DNA from: Paraspadella gotoi
Lineage: Eukaryota; Animalia; Chaetognatha
NCBI GenBank assembly: GCA_051294375.1
Contig: CM119269.1
Location: forward strand, 21,313,665 to 21,377,664
Reading direction: 5' to 3'
DNA: 64,000 bases
Program-made: the position numbers and the translations under genes
Notes under the pieces: model-generated
The model's database searches: none
Told to the model about the DNA's origin: nothing
The model's input: the letters and a program-made list of their open reading frames with translations, nothing else
In this document: positions 63,406 through 64,000 of the stretch, piece after piece
How positions within the stretch are numbered: position 1 is the stretch's first letter
Layout of the letters: each line of letters starts with the position of its first letter

Positions 63406-63691
63406 CTGAAAAATGCTCTCGATTTATAAATTTATATAATAAATATTTCCCCAACTTGACATTATAGAGTATGAATTCTGTACTAAAAAACAAAGTCGAT
63501 ATATATTTGTGATATATATTTGTGATATATAGAGCTGATGAGGTCCTGAGATGACGATCCTTAACTAATACAGAATGGGTCCAGCGCTTGGAACTAGGTT
63601 CCAAGGAGTCGCAAAGCACCCTGGCGGTCCCCATAGGGTGTGCCAAATAGCAAAACATACAAGGATTTCAATTTACATTTAGGATAATATA

Positions 63692-63836
63692 TAGGGGCTT
63701 AAAAAATGATGTTAGGAACAATCGCCATTCAAAGATGTTGATCACTGGCCGTGCTACCCTCTGTGTAGGGGCTTAAAAAATGATGTTAGGAACAATCGCC
63801 ATTCAAAGATGTTGATCACTGGCCGTGCTACCCTCT
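63692..63836 (+). repeat. 74-bp period tandem duplication
   Basis: TAGGGGCTTAAAAAATGATG..GCTACCCTCT at 63692 and 63766. Confidence 0.9.
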
Positions 63837-64000
63837 CTTGAAGGATTTTTGGCACACCTTTTACTTCATATTCTATTGTGTCCAAAGAGAAAATATTTTA
63901 GCGTCCACCCTATTCAAGGGGGGCCAGCTCATTTTGAGCTCTTTCTTACTCCTTNNNNNNNNNNNNNNNNNNNNNNNNNTCTCTCTCTCTCTCTCTTCTC

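Noticed and set aside
63534-63565. CTGATGAGGTC..GACGATCC hammerhead-like string (also CTGATGA at ~58426 and on the minus strand at ~62594)
   Set aside because: GAAA core or stem II/III is absent or mismatched.
63510-63660. Minus-strand MGTARVLCDSL as a lectin exon or as the C-terminus of an R4/Dong-like retroelement
   Set aside because: Too short to discriminate; no clear splice sites.

Overview
AT-rich, microsatellite-rich, intron-containing animal (invertebrate-like) genomic DNA from a gapped draft assembly. Most ORFs in the track are microsatellite read-throughs. Supported genes, all on the minus strand: a 10-11 exon GT7 beta-1,4-galactosyl/GalNAc-transferase (15068->10762) and two C-type lectin genes (~47819->41881 and ~63405->57625). 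The ~16.5 kb palindrome at 39325-55785 is most likely a long-read fold-back artefact. Main discovery: three sequence-divergent families of ~220-285 bp LTR-like elements (13734-14018; 26431-26667; 47456-47672, 58226-58459, 62997-63230). They share one architecture: TG/TA...CA ends, 4-bp target-site duplication, 5' hairpin, tRNA-like Pol III A/B boxes, then a circularly permuted twister ribozyme whose stems and both pseudoknots co-vary across families and whose P1 is reduced to a 6-nt palindrome. This looks like a Pol III-driven, twister-carrying LTR 'retrozyme' system. The window also holds many minimal Penelope-type hammerhead ribozymes and assorted non-autonomous DNA transposons. All structures and exon models were derived by eye; no database search or folding program was run.
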